This document shows positions 37,133 through 47,210 of a DNA stretch of 64,000 bases, in pieces (the first letter of the stretch is position 1; each line of letters opens with the position of its first letter). Source of the stretch: Poseidonia sp. (lineage in GTDB: Archaea > Thermoplasmatota > Poseidoniia > Poseidoniales > Poseidoniaceae); contig CBFIDD010000003.1 in assembly GCA_965661285.1 (NCBI GenBank), forward strand, positions 96,001 to 160,000, read 5' to 3'. Position numbers and translations under genes: made by a program. The notes beneath the pieces are model-generated. The model was not told the origin of the DNA, did not search any database, and was given only the letters and a program-made list of their open reading frames with translations.

Positions 37133-38212
37133 TCAAGCGGTGTGTTCCCCTGGACTCGGTTCGTCCTCCAAGGACCACGAGGTGGCGGCGAAACGGTCCT
37201 CTCCGTCCCAAATGAGCGTCTGCCCCGTGACCATGAACAGCTGGGTGTCGCCTCCCCACTCAACACGCACCACATCGGAGGGTGTAATTTCATCCAGTTG
37301 CGTGTAGCGTAGGCTCAGCATCCCTCGCCCGTTGGCCAAACCGTCGAGTTGACCCACACCGAGAAAGCCCAGAGAGCCCAGGTCGATGACGTGCGTGGCG
37401 TTTCCAACATCCTGTGAAGAAGCGTCGCCGGTGAACAGGGAGAGCGATTGGCCGGAAAGGACGCCGGACTGCAGCAACACATTGCTGGATGAGGAACCGG
37501 AGGTGTGGTTGAACGACCACCCCTTCAAGGCGACAGCAAAGTCGTTTGGGTTTTCCACTTCAATCCACTCCGGTCCGCTTGACGAAGGACGAGCCATCAC
37601 TTCGGTGATATGGAGCACGTTGCTTTTCCGACCGCCGTCGTGCACTTCCAAAATTACTCGAATCAATTCTCCGTCTTGTTGGAAGGAGCGGTACGCCGTG
37701 GACGAGGAAGGCGCCGTGCCGCGTTGTGTTCCACCTTCAAATAAGGCGAGGGAGGTGCGGTTTTCTTGCGTGCTCTGAGCGACCACGATGGTCAAGTGAA
37801 GACTCATGTCGGCATCAAGGCCAAGCCCAGCAGCCATGCCGTCCTCCGTCACGTTGTGAAGGGCATTCACTCGGTCCATATCCAATCGTTGGTCAACAAC
37901 CAACCCCGGTTGGACCCTGCCCTCATGAAGGGCTTCAGCGGACACCGTGTGCCAATTCGCTGAGGCATTGCTGTAATCCAATCCGTCCGAATAGGGTACG
38001 AACCAACCCTCTCCCGACGTCAGCCGATCAAGCCCCAAGGAGGCCGCACGGTCGAGCCGGTCGACGGCGGGATCGTTGGAACCCATTTGGAGTTGGGCGA
38101 GGGAGAGGAACGCCGTGAGAATCATGAGGAAGAGCGTGAAGGCGGAGAGGAACTCGATCACGGCCGTGAGGGCGCCTTCTTCCCGTTCACGATGAAGGGA
38201 ACTTCGGCGCAT
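37133..38212 (-). CDS. Pilin-like protein (class III signal peptide-like N-terminus) with C-terminal lamin-tail-like domain
   Basis: MRRSSLHREREEG/ALTAVIEFLSAFTLFLMILTAF; C-terminal ITEVMARP....EWIEVEN.....L.GWS...SPG, a lamin-tail domain signature. Confidence 0.65.
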   Translation of the reverse strand: MRRSSLHREREEGALTAVIEFLSAFTLFLMILTAFLSLAQLQMGSNDPAVDRLDRAASLGLDRLTSGEGWFVPYSDGLDYSNASANWHTVSAEALHEGRVQPGLVVDQRLDMDRVNALHNVTEDGMAAGLGLDADMSLHLTIVVAQSTQENRTSLALFEGGTQRGTAPSSSTAYRSFQQDGELIRVILEVHDGGRKSNVLHITEVMARPSSSGPEWIEVENPNDFAVALKGWSFNHTSGSSSSNVLLQSGVLSGQSLSLFTGDASSQDVGNATHVIDLGSLGFLGVGQLDGLANGRGMLSLRYTQLDEITPSDVVRVEWGGDTQLFMVTGQTLIWDGEDRFAATSWSLEDEPSPGEHTA

Positions 38213-38368
38213 GCACTGACCACGCCTGCACAATTCATGAGGTTGCCGCATGAAACAGCGGCCCGCTCCCCAACTGCTCTTCCCCTGCCAACTCCCAAAC
38301 CCGGGAGAAACACTCGGAGAAGGGCCATGGGAAGCGATGAGTCTTTGAATCACGGATGGAAGGACATT

Positions 38369-41323
38369 ATGATGACCGAGCGAAAGCAACGCGAGATTTC
38401 CCACCGCAGAACCAGCCTTGGTTTCGTGTTCATGCTGTTGTTATCCACGCTTGGCGTTCTCTCGACCGTACCCACCTCAAGCGCCAACTTGACCGGCTCA
38501 CTAAGCGTTTCGAGCAGCTCATCCCCTCTACCAGATGCGTGGTATTCATCCTTTGAGAGCATCGGTTTTGAAGCCCAGGTCACCAACAATTACGCAAGTC
38601 CTTCGGGAGCCTCCCGCACCCTGATGTGGTACGCCTGCGAGGGGAACATTTCGGTTGCATCGTGCAAATCCGTGTATGAGGCAACGGGTCAGTTCAATTT
38701 AGGTGATATCCAAGGTCAATCCACAACGTCGGTAACCTCACCGGCATTGTGGATTCCTGGCCAAGGCGCTGAAGGCATTTTCACCATCGTTTTCAGCTTC
38801 AATCAAAACGACCAATCTCCAGCCGATGACCAGTACCGATTTAACATAAACATCACCAATGACTTTGTTGACATCATCGCCGACACTGGCCACAACCCAC
38901 TGGAACACCTGCAGAACCTTGCCGTCTACGATGGTGAAAGCGTCTTGAACACCGGAACGGAATATGTCTTCAAAGCCAAAGGCCAGTCCACGCTGTGCGG
39001 GCTGTGCGCATTCTCAGGCGAGTTTGGTTGGCAGTTGTGGGACGCAAACGAAGCCATGATGCTCAAGGAAGCCTACACCACGGTCTCCAACCTACCCGCC
39101 TGGGGCGGTTATGACCCATACAACATCAACCTCCCTGCGTTCAGCCACGCACAAGAGGGTCGTTATGTCCTAAGGTTTGGGCTGTTCAGCAGCACCGGGA
39201 ACCCGTACGGTGATCTTAACCCGGGCAACAACTTGGCCACGTTCGACATCGTGCTCAACGATAACATTGATCTCAAAATAGTGGATGTGTTCCCGAGCCA
39301 CAACCCTGAATCGACGCAATTCTACTACGGCTCTGAAAGGGTTGTCGCCTCCTTTGCCAACCTCGGAAACATGTCTGTGGAAAACATCACGGTTTCTTAC
39401 GATGTTTACGACGGGCAATTCACGCTTGAAGTCGAGGACAGTTGTGACATCAACGTTCTGCATCCAGGAGAAACCGTGGACTGTAAATTCAACATGACGA
39501 CGACCGGAAGTGATCGATTGATTCGCATTCAAATGCCCACCATCTACCAAAACGGAGAGGACGTACGAATGGGCGACAACCTCTACACGCTTGATGTTGA
39601 TGTGCAAGTGGGTGCCATCAATCCAACGATCCAGACGAACGCAGTTGACAACCTGTACCTCACCAGCGATGATGTTGAACTGGTGGGCCGTTTCAGCACG
39701 ATTGCTTCCCAACCGCTCAACTACACCTGGCGAGAAGGTTTCTACATTTGGGGCTACGGCCAGGTATTGAACCGAACTGGAGAGGCGTTCGGACTTGGAC
39801 ACCACAATCTGACTTTGATAGTCTCCGACCCGTGGGGCGAAACCGAAGTCGCCTACGTAGAATTTGATGTTTTGAATTCGATCAATCTCACATTGGATCC
39901 GTTCTTCACGGGCGTCGCCATTACCGAGGAAGAGGCAGGTTTCACGCATGACATCTTTCTCCCCCAACTTGGCAAAAATTACGGCATCGGGGGAGGTGAT
40001 TCCCCTCTCATGCTGATCTCTGTCGATGTGCAGGCACTCACAGCAGAGGACCCGGGGCTACGTATGCTGGACTTGAATCTGAATTTGTCAGCCATTCTTC
40101 CAGATAACATTGACCTGACCACCGTCGACCTCCGCTACCTCCCCACAACCGAGAGCGTGACGTGGGAATTCCTCGATGGCGTGGACAGCTACACCTTTGG
40201 ACCGGACTCAGAGCGTGTCGAGATTTCAATGACCAAAGACGGTGTTATCATGCTCATCGGCGTGCTTCCGACCACCAACGTCACGGCCGAGGATGTTGCG
40301 TGGACACAACTTAGGGACGGCCAGATTCAACTGGATTGGACGCCTGCTGGCGACATCAACAACCCCTACGTGGGCGGATGGAACATCTACAAGATAGCAG
40401 GCATTACTGGCACGACGGTCTTCCCCGAAACGGCTGGCGGCGTGAACGAGAACATCTGGGAGGAATTGACCCTTGACAGTCTTGTCACCACGTTGCCCCT
40501 CACCGACCAGACATGGCTTGACCCCGACCGCTTGGAAACTGGCATTTGTGCCTCCTATGCCATCATTCCCATCGATCGCGAGGGCAACGCGAACCTCCAA
40601 ATGGCCAACATCACCCGTGTGGACGGAGTAGCAGGCCAGCTGTGCGGCGACGCCATTCCGCCCTCGACGTCCTTGGTTGACCTCACCCACACCTGGACGT
40701 TTACCAACAGCACCGACTGCTATGAACAAGAGCAGGATTGGTCCGTCTGCTACGCGGTCGACCTTTCGTGGACGTGGCCCCCCCACGAGGCACAAGGCAA
40801 CGTGACATGGAACCTCTACCGTATTGAAATGCGACCCGACAATGTCGACCTGCGATTTATTGAACCGATTCTCGAAGGCATCGAAGGTGTACCTGGCGAA
40901 ACGGGAAGACTCACGCAAACCGGACTTGAACGCAACGGCGTGCAACCCTACCGCACCTACTACTACGTCTTCACACCCATCGATAGCGTCGGCAATGAAT
41001 TGGTGACTGCCGATTACCCCTCCGAAAACATCGAGCGTGTCCACATCGACGACGATTGGTGGTCCTACAACCAACACCTCATCCCACCCGAGCCCGAGCC
41101 GCCCGAGCCACCCTTGGGTATTGACTGGCTTCAGGATTTAAACGATGCCATGCAGGTCTCGGAATTCCAAACGGCTGGTTATGTCCTCTTGGCGACCATT
41201 GTCCTCAACTTCCTTCTGCTTCCGCTCCTTCTCAAACAACGCAAGCGACTCAAGCGAATCCTTGACGCCAGAAAGCGCAACAGCGCCGCTGCAATGAACG
41301 AGTTTGACGACTTCTTCGAGTGA
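38369..41323 (+). CDS. Large secreted surface protein with Ig/CARDB/FN3-like repeats and C-terminal membrane anchor
   Basis: Signal peptide, D.NP.NN motifs, L.W.P....GWNIY and YYYV.TP.D.VGN FN3-like motifs, PPEPEPPEPP linker, TM followed by KQRKRLKR. Confidence 0.75.
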   Translation: MMTERKQREISHRRTSLGFVFMLLLSTLGVLSTVPTSSANLTGSLSVSSSSSPLPDAWYSSFESIGFEAQVTNNYASPSGASRTLMWYACEGNISVASCKSVYEATGQFNLGDIQGQSTTSVTSPALWIPGQGAEGIFTIVFSFNQNDQSPADDQYRFNINITNDFVDIIADTGHNPLEHLQNLAVYDGESVLNTGTEYVFKAKGQSTLCGLCAFSGEFGWQLWDANEAMMLKEAYTTVSNLPAWGGYDPYNINLPAFSHAQEGRYVLRFGLFSSTGNPYGDLNPGNNLATFDIVLNDNIDLKIVDVFPSHNPESTQFYYGSERVVASFANLGNMSVENITVSYDVYDGQFTLEVEDSCDINVLHPGETVDCKFNMTTTGSDRLIRIQMPTIYQNGEDVRMGDNLYTLDVDVQVGAINPTIQTNAVDNLYLTSDDVELVGRFSTIASQPLNYTWREGFYIWGYGQVLNRTGEAFGLGHHNLTLIVSDPWGETEVAYVEFDVLNSINLTLDPFFTGVAITEEEAGFTHDIFLPQLGKNYGIGGGDSPLMLISVDVQALTAEDPGLRMLDLNLNLSAILPDNIDLTTVDLRYLPTTESVTWEFLDGVDSYTFGPDSERVEISMTKDGVIMLIGVLPTTNVTAEDVAWTQLRDGQIQLDWTPAGDINNPYVGGWNIYKIAGITGTTVFPETAGGVNENIWEELTLDSLVTTLPLTDQTWLDPDRLETGICASYAIIPIDREGNANLQMANITRVDGVAGQLCGDAIPPSTSLVDLTHTWTFTNSTDCYEQEQDWSVCYAVDLSWTWPPHEAQGNVTWNLYRIEMRPDNVDLRFIEPILEGIEGVPGETGRLTQTGLERNGVQPYRTYYYVFTPIDSVGNELVTADYPSENIERVHIDDDWWSYNQHLIPPEPEPPEPPLGIDWLQDLNDAMQVSEFQTAGYVLLATIVLNFLLLPLLLKQRKRLKRILDARKRNSAAAMNEFDDFFE

Positions 41324-41324
41324 T

Positions 41325-41411
41325 TGGCGCGGCAGGGGAGATTCGAACTCCCGAGGTGAGACACCACTGGATTAGCAATCCAGCGCAATGGCCAGGCTAT
41401 GCGACTGCCGC
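41325..41411 (-). tRNA. tRNA-Ser(GCT), intronless, CCA encoded
   Basis: Reverse complement: acceptor stem GCGGCAG/CTGCCGC, discriminator G, CCA; anticodon arm CTGGA-TTGCTAA-TCCAG; long variable arm; GTTCGAATC T-loop. Confidence 0.96.
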
Positions 41412-41487
41412 TCGCATCTCGCCCACCTGCGGTCTTCTCATGAAGATGACGGTGCTCGATGGCGGGCTGTTCACCAGCACAATCGTA

Positions 41488-42501
41488 TCACAGCGGGCCC
41501 ATGAAGCCGAGCCATGAAGGCGGGATGAATGAGATGATGACCAGCGAGAGGAACATCCACCCGAGGTAGAACAGACTCCTGAAGAAGGATTTGGCTGCCT
41601 TCGGCATACGGCCGTTTTCATCAAACGGTTCGTTCGGGTCAATCGCCCACACGGAAGCAGCGTACCACAGCGTGAAGCCGCCCGAGACAAAGGCCCACAG
41701 CAACGGGAGACCGGATTCCGGCCAAAAGCAAGGCACAGAACCCAACATCAACAGCAACACGCAGTAGACTTTGGATTGGAGTACGGTGTGTTCAGCACCC
41801 TTGACTTCGTTGAGCATCGGGATGTTCACCTTGCCGTATTCTCCAGACCTGTACAAGGCCAAGGCCCAGAAATGAGGCGGGGTCCAAAGGAAGATGAGGA
41901 AAAACAGCATCCACGGCACAGGGGAGCCAAGGTCAAGCATGTTGGCGTTGGCGATGGAATCACCGGCGGCCGCCGCCCAGCCGATGAGCGGGGGTGTGGA
42001 ACCAGCAATGCCCCCGATCACGATGTTTTGGGGCGTACGGCGCTTGAGCCACATGGAGTAGACGAGCACGTAAAACAAAACGGAAAAGGCCGACCAAAAA
42101 GCAGCTTTTACGCTGACCAGGAGGAACAACGCAGAGCCCAACACTGCGATGGTCGAGCCGAACAACAGCGCAAAGCGTGGTGTAGCGTGCCCCAGCGGGA
42201 TGGGGCGGTTCATGGTCCGTCGCATGTGGGGGTCAATATCCGCATCGTACCACATGTTGATGGCGTTCGAACCGCCGGCGGAGAGGGTTCCACCCACGAC
42301 GGTAATGAGCATGGCACGAACGGTATCGCCCCATGTGCGCTCAATGTCCATGACATCGTATCGGGCAAAGGTGTCGTGGACGAGAATGGCGCAGATGGCG
42401 GTAATTTGCAACAACACGATAACGCGTAATTTCATCAGTTGGGTCATCACCTTCAGCAGGCCCGGATACCCCGAAGAAGAAGCATCGGCCAGCGCACTCA
42501 T
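41488..42501 (-). CDS. ctaB: Protoheme IX farnesyltransferase (heme O synthase)
   Basis: N.WYD.DID..M.RT..RPIP.G, LKRRTPQNIVIGG.AG, FLWTPPHFWAL. Confidence 0.95.
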   Translation of the reverse strand: MSALADASSSGYPGLLKVMTQLMKLRVIVLLQITAICAILVHDTFARYDVMDIERTWGDTVRAMLITVVGGTLSAGGSNAINMWYDADIDPHMRRTMNRPIPLGHATPRFALLFGSTIAVLGSALFLLVSVKAAFWSAFSVLFYVLVYSMWLKRRTPQNIVIGGIAGSTPPLIGWAAAAGDSIANANMLDLGSPVPWMLFFLIFLWTPPHFWALALYRSGEYGKVNIPMLNEVKGAEHTVLQSKVYCVLLLMLGSVPCFWPESGLPLLWAFVSGGFTLWYAASVWAIDPNEPFDENGRMPKAAKSFFRSLFYLGWMFLSLVIISFIPPSWLGFMGPL

Positions 42502-43574
42502 TCAGCCTCACCCGAACCGATGATATCGCTGGGGTGATGGCGACTAAACCGCATCGCAAACATGAGGAAAACAGCTGAGAGGAAAGCGCCGACACCCACC
42601 ACCAAATGCAGGAGAGAAAGCCACTCCGGGAAATCACCAACCTTGGCAAACACGATGTATGAACCGCCGACCATCACATTGAGCAGCCAAACACCGGTCG
42701 TCATTTCTGCAAATCGAACGAGTTCGGCACTTCCGGGTGCTTGTTGTGAGGACATGCGGAGGTTGCTGACGCCCAACACCAGCACCAAACCGACCAGCAA
42801 TGCGCCGAATCGATGAATCATCTGGATGAACACACCCGGGCCGTCCAGTGAAGGCAAGATGGAACCCTGACATTTTGGCCACCCATCGGGAAATCCAACC
42901 GAGCAACTCTGGTTGTATTGACCACCTGCCGAGGATGAAACCCACGCCCCCAAGACAAGGAGTAAACCCACAGCAGCCGTCATGGAATGGATACGTCTTG
43001 AGTGGGCATCAACGAATGATCTTGGTGCGTCGAGAAAGGACCAGTCGGCTCCTTCCGTGATTCTCATGGACATGTACTGCCACAGCAAGCCGGCCGTGAA
43101 GATACAAGCCAACGAGAGGTGAAGGGCAACGGTCCAATCGGCGTTATCGTAGCGTACGGTGATGTAGCCTGCTGTGGCCTGAACGAGCAGCAGAACTGCA
43201 GAGAATTGGGACGCCCGTTCAACCGGTACGCCGTACCGGTCGCGCCGGCGACGAGTGAAGAACACGTTGAGTACGATGGGGACGGCGATAACCCCCACGA
43301 GCATGCGATGGAACCATTCAACGAAGATCTGGAATACGGTGTACCGATGGTCTTCTCCTCTGGAATCGATTTGGTCGGGATTGGCTTCCCAGTAGGCTGC
43401 CTGCTCGGCTTCAGAGACGGCAAAATGCCAGGTGCCGAAGCAGGTTGGCCATTCGGGGCACGATTCCCCGGCATCGTTGATGCGGATGGAGCCACCCACG
43501 ATGACGATAAGCAAAGCCATCACGGCCAGAATCATCGGAAGAGTGGATGGACGGCGCCACCACGATTGTTCCAT
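42498..43574 (-). CDS. ctaA: Heme A synthase (COX15/CtaA)
   Basis: GG..R...AG.SCPEWP.C, EWFHR, HL, second C....WP.C, IHR, HL. Confidence 0.92.
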   Translation of the reverse strand: MEQSWWRRPSTLPMILAVMALLIVIVGGSIRINDAGESCPEWPTCFGTWHFAVSEAEQAAYWEANPDQIDSRGEDHRYTVFQIFVEWFHRMLVGVIAVPIVLNVFFTRRRRDRYGVPVERASQFSAVLLLVQATAGYITVRYDNADWTVALHLSLACIFTAGLLWQYMSMRITEGADWSFLDAPRSFVDAHSRRIHSMTAAVGLLLVLGAWVSSSAGGQYNQSCSVGFPDGWPKCQGSILPSLDGPGVFIQMIHRFGALLVGLVLVLGVSNLRMSSQQAPGSAELVRFAEMTTGVWLLNVMVGGSYIVFAKVGDFPEWLSLLHLVVGVGAFLSAVFLMFAMRFSRHHPSDIIGSGEAE

Positions 43575-43625
43575 GAACAACGGTGAGAGCAGACCCCTTT
43601 TGAACAAATGCCTCCACCCCCATGC

Positions 43626-44528
43626 ATGGCATCCACACCTTGGCCGGCCGTCGTGCTGTTGCTCTTGGTGATCAATACGGGCGTTGTATCGGCCAACCAA
43701 AACGAAACAACCGAGGAAGAAGGGCGTTTGTTGGATGTCCGAACGTTCACACATGCGTGCTTTGAAAACGCCTCGTGCGAGCCATCACAACCAACTCACC
43801 TCGTTGAATATTTCAGTGCTGATTGGTGCGAACCCTGCGTCCAGGTTGGCGAGCAGTTGGACAACCTCAGCGACGAGAAGGTCGTCGTGTTACAGCACCA
43901 TGCCTCGCCACAAGACGCCACGTTTCTTTCAGCTTCCAAACTGAAATACGACCAAGAGTTCAGGCTCCTGTTTTATCCCTCCGTGGTGGTAAATGGAAAG
44001 CACTTGCTGACCGGAAGCCGCCAAGCCTTGGACCTTGAGAGCGTGATGGAGAACAACACACCCAGGTGGGACGGACTTGAGTCCTTGATGGTCGAGAATC
44101 AAACCATGACGTGGAATGCATCACATGAAGGGACGGTTTCTGTTTGGCTCCTCGCCCCGACGCCCCATCAGACATCAGGAAAAATCCACCATGCCGTAGC
44201 TTACGAACGCCTCGAGGTGGACGCCGGGGCGGGTACGTTGACCATCGATTCGGACCAACTTCGAGCGAACACCTCGTTCGTTGTGTTGCTTGAGGAGCCC
44301 GGTCGACGAACATTGAGCGTAGCCTCCCTCGCTCCTACAGGCCCGGTGGACATCAGCGAGGGAGGAGAGGTTTCGACCTCCCCCGGCACGGGTTGGTTCG
44401 ACCGAGAGATGGCCATGATGGTCGGCTTGGTGCTGGTTCTTGCCTTGGCCCCTGCTTTTATCATTCATCGCGAACTCATGACCGGCGCCCAACCGCAAAA
44501 GCATCCTATTGAAGACGGCAATGAGTGA
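43626..44528 (+). CDS. Exported thioredoxin-fold protein with C-terminal TM
   Basis: Signal peptide, VEYFSADWCEPC, YPSVVVNG, C-terminal hydrophobic helix; start uncertain (43608 or 43626). Confidence 0.7.
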   Translation: MASTPWPAVVLLLLVINTGVVSANQNETTEEEGRLLDVRTFTHACFENASCEPSQPTHLVEYFSADWCEPCVQVGEQLDNLSDEKVVVLQHHASPQDATFLSASKLKYDQEFRLLFYPSVVVNGKHLLTGSRQALDLESVMENNTPRWDGLESLMVENQTMTWNASHEGTVSVWLLAPTPHQTSGKIHHAVAYERLEVDAGAGTLTIDSDQLRANTSFVVLLEEPGRRTLSVASLAPTGPVDISEGGEVSTSPGTGWFDREMAMMVGLVLVLALAPAFIIHRELMTGAQPQKHPIEDGNE

Positions 44529-44588
44529 GTTAGGTTCAAAAAGAGTTGCCATGTGGCTCGCATGCGAATCTCTCGCAGTTGATGACTT

Positions 44589-44840
44589 ATGGTGAAGCCA
44601 GCACGCCAACACACCCGCTTTGAACGCGCTCGAATCATTGGTGCCCGTGCACTCCAAATCGGGATGGGCGCACCGCTCTACGCCACCGAAGAAGTCCTCC
44701 GTGACCAATTCAAGGACGAACTCGTCTCCCTCTACGGTCTTGAAGAAGCAAGCATCCGCTTCGTCCTCGACCCGTTGAAAATCGCGCTTTACGAGTACGA
44801 GAACCACCTGATTCCCATTGACGTTGACCCTCACGAGTGA
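44589..44840 (+). CDS. rpoK: DNA-directed RNA polymerase subunit K (Rpo6)
   Basis: [26 protein letters not shown].....IPI. Confidence 0.95.
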   Translation: MVKPARQHTRFERARIIGARALQIGMGAPLYATEEVLRDQFKDELVSLYGLEEASIRFVLDPLKIALYEYENHLIPIDVDPHE

Positions 44841-45934
44841 GTCAAGTCGCTGGTAAACCCGTAGAATTCAGCGTTGGCCAAACCAGGCAGCGCCTCGCGC
44901 TTGACCAGAAGCGTGCGAACCGCCCACAAATCAACAAACACTCGGTATTTCGTCGTGGCGTCCAAATAATCCACGCCGCTTGAGCCACCGGTGCCCATTC
45001 GCCGACCGATCATCCGCTCAACCATCCGGGCGTGATGCGTTCTGAAAAGCAGCATTGACTGCTCCAGTTCAACAAAACTGTCCACCAGACGGCGGGGCCA
45101 GGAAAGCAAAGGCAACTCCCGGTACGATTCGATGAACAAAAGACCCGCACGACTTCGTATGGGTTCCCCGTCATCGAGGAGGAAACGCTCGGCACCGGCG
45201 ATACCCGCCTCAATGCGTGGGCGGATGGTCGCTTCATCGCCATGACCGATGGCGACCATGTGAGCGATGACCTCCTCGCCATGGGCCCGCATGGCATCGA
45301 GGTGATGGTCAACATACGCTCGTACCGTCGATGCATCGTCTTCTGACCCGGGTGATGAGCCGTGAATGGGCGTTCTTGCCAACCAAGCGTTGAGCACGTC
45401 GTTGAGGGAGGGCTCCGATGCCGTAGCCTCAACGTCGGCAAGGGCTTGTGTTGGAACCTTACCCTGTTGAGCGAGTTGTTTCATGTGGTTGAGCGGGTCC
45501 ATGCCGCCGACCCGCTGATCGTTCTCCAAGCCCAGCAACACCTCGAGTTCACGCATTTGCCACGATTCAAACCCTGAAGAGGTCCCCAGCCTGTCCCGAA
45601 ACGCCAGAAAATCCTGTGGAGAGAGGGTTTCCATGACCTTCCACTGGTCGGCAAGGAGGCGGAAAATCTCACTCACGCGCTCAAGATGGTGAACCACTTT
45701 CGGAATGGTCGCTTCTTCAATGCGCACTTGATTCATCAATTGGCGGGCCTCTTTGAGTTCACGAAGAATCAGTTTGAACCACAGTTCAAACGTTTGATGG
45801 ACGATAATAAAATGAAGCTCATCGTTGGACGGGGGCGGCGTGTAGCCCTCCGGGCCGTCCTGTAAAGCCAGCAATTCTTCGAGGCGAAGGTATCCCCCGT
45901 AGGTGATACGAGCGGCTGGAGCGTCGGTTGCCAT
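44831..45934 (-). CDS. kynA: Tryptophan 2,3-dioxygenase
   Basis: Y..YL.L..LL..Q, DE.HFII.HQ.FELWFK, F..FR..LG.SSGF.S.Q.R, VERMIG...GTGGSSG..YL. Confidence 0.93.
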   Translation of the reverse strand: MATDAPAARITYGGYLRLEELLALQDGPEGYTPPPSNDELHFIIVHQTFELWFKLILRELKEARQLMNQVRIEEATIPKVVHHLERVSEIFRLLADQWKVMETLSPQDFLAFRDRLGTSSGFESWQMRELEVLLGLENDQRVGGMDPLNHMKQLAQQGKVPTQALADVEATASEPSLNDVLNAWLARTPIHGSSPGSEDDASTVRAYVDHHLDAMRAHGEEVIAHMVAIGHGDEATIRPRIEAGIAGAERFLLDDGEPIRSRAGLLFIESYRELPLLSWPRRLVDSFVELEQSMLLFRTHHARMVERMIGRRMGTGGSSGVDYLDATTKYRVFVDLWAVRTLLVKREALPGLANAEFYGFTSDLTHS

Positions 45935-46095
45935 ACCGTTTCCATGTCGAACAACCCCATGAATCCTTCACCCGCAAGGCGGTCCAACGCCTCGTTTCTC
46001 GGCAGCGATTCGGGTGTGGAAGAAACCGAGCCAGAGGGCGCATCTACATTCTTCACTGACATAATACTCATAGAGCGATTACGAAACCCCTCCAT

Positions 46096-47208
46096 ATGGG
46101 CGTACCACTCTCTACGGTGCAGGAATGGCTTCAGGGCTATGACAAAGAAGCCATCACCGTCGGCGTTGTGGCCTCTCACTCCTCGCTTCAAATCCTCCAC
46201 GGTGCACGACAAGAAGGCTTTCGCACCCTCGGGATTGCTGTGGGAGAGAACCGGCGTCGCTTCTACAAGGCCTTCCCGGGAGCCGAGCCCGATGAATGGT
46301 TGATGCTGGACGATTACCGTGAAATGCTCGACCACGCCGAGTGGTTCCGCGAAAAGAACGTCATCATCGTCCCTCACGGCTCGCTGGTGGAGTATCTTGG
46401 AGCCAACAATTTCAGAAATCTCGAAGTTCCAACCTTCGGCAACAGAAACATCCTGCACTGGGAGAGCAGCCGTGCGCTTCAACGCCAGTGGCTTGAGGAC
46501 GGTGGCTGCACGATGCCAAAGGTGGTGGAAGACCCGCACAACATCGACGGCCCCGTCATTGTCAAATATGCTGGAGCAAAAGGCGGACGAGGGTACTTTA
46601 TCGCTCGAGACTACCGTGATTTCCGACGCAACGTGGACATTGAGGAGGAATTTACCATCCAAGAATACGTGCTCGGGTGCCGATATTACCTGCATTTCTT
46701 CTTCGACCCCACGGCGGAGGATGGATTCCAAGTCCAGGGCCGCGGCGCCCACGCCGGCAAAAACCTTGGTCGACTGGAACTCCTCTCCATGGACCGGCGC
46801 GATGAGAGCAACGTTGACGAATTCTACAAACTGGGTTCGCTGCGCGACCTTCGTGAAATGTCCCTTGAACCGTCCTTCGTGGTGACCGGCAACCAACCCG
46901 TTGTCATCAGGGAATCCCTTCTCCCGCGTGCCTTCGAAATGGCCGAAGGCACCGTGGCCGCCTCCTACGAGCTTGAAGAGGGCTCTCGGGGCATGCTCGG
47001 TCCGTTTTGCTTAGAGACCATCGTCACGGACAAATTGGAATTCAAGGTGTTTGAGATCAGCGCTCGAATCGTCGCAGGATCAAACCCCTTCGTCGGCGGT
47101 TCACCTTACTCTGACATCAACGAGCCGTTCATGTCGACCGGGCGTCGAATTGCACGTTCCATTCGCAAAGCGCTGGACGCTGATCGCCTCGACGACATCA
47201 TTTCGTGA
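46096..47208 (+). CDS. purP: PurP-family FAICAR synthetase (ATP-grasp)
   Basis: SHSSLQI..GA..EGF, PHGS.VEY, FGNR..L.WE, GAKGGRGYF, V.GN.P...RESLL, FEISARIVAG.N, MSTGRRIA. Confidence 0.92.
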   Translation: MGVPLSTVQEWLQGYDKEAITVGVVASHSSLQILHGARQEGFRTLGIAVGENRRRFYKAFPGAEPDEWLMLDDYREMLDHAEWFREKNVIIVPHGSLVEYLGANNFRNLEVPTFGNRNILHWESSRALQRQWLEDGGCTMPKVVEDPHNIDGPVIVKYAGAKGGRGYFIARDYRDFRRNVDIEEEFTIQEYVLGCRYYLHFFFDPTAEDGFQVQGRGAHAGKNLGRLELLSMDRRDESNVDEFYKLGSLRDLREMSLEPSFVVTGNQPVVIRESLLPRAFEMAEGTVAASYELEEGSRGMLGPFCLETIVTDKLEFKVFEISARIVAGSNPFVGGSPYSDINEPFMSTGRRIARSIRKALDADRLDDIIS

Positions 47209-47210
47209 AC

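Noticed and set aside
41325-41411. tRNA-Ser as an integration site for an island
   Set aside because: No integrase and no duplicated tRNA 3' end seen; flanking genes look chromosomal.
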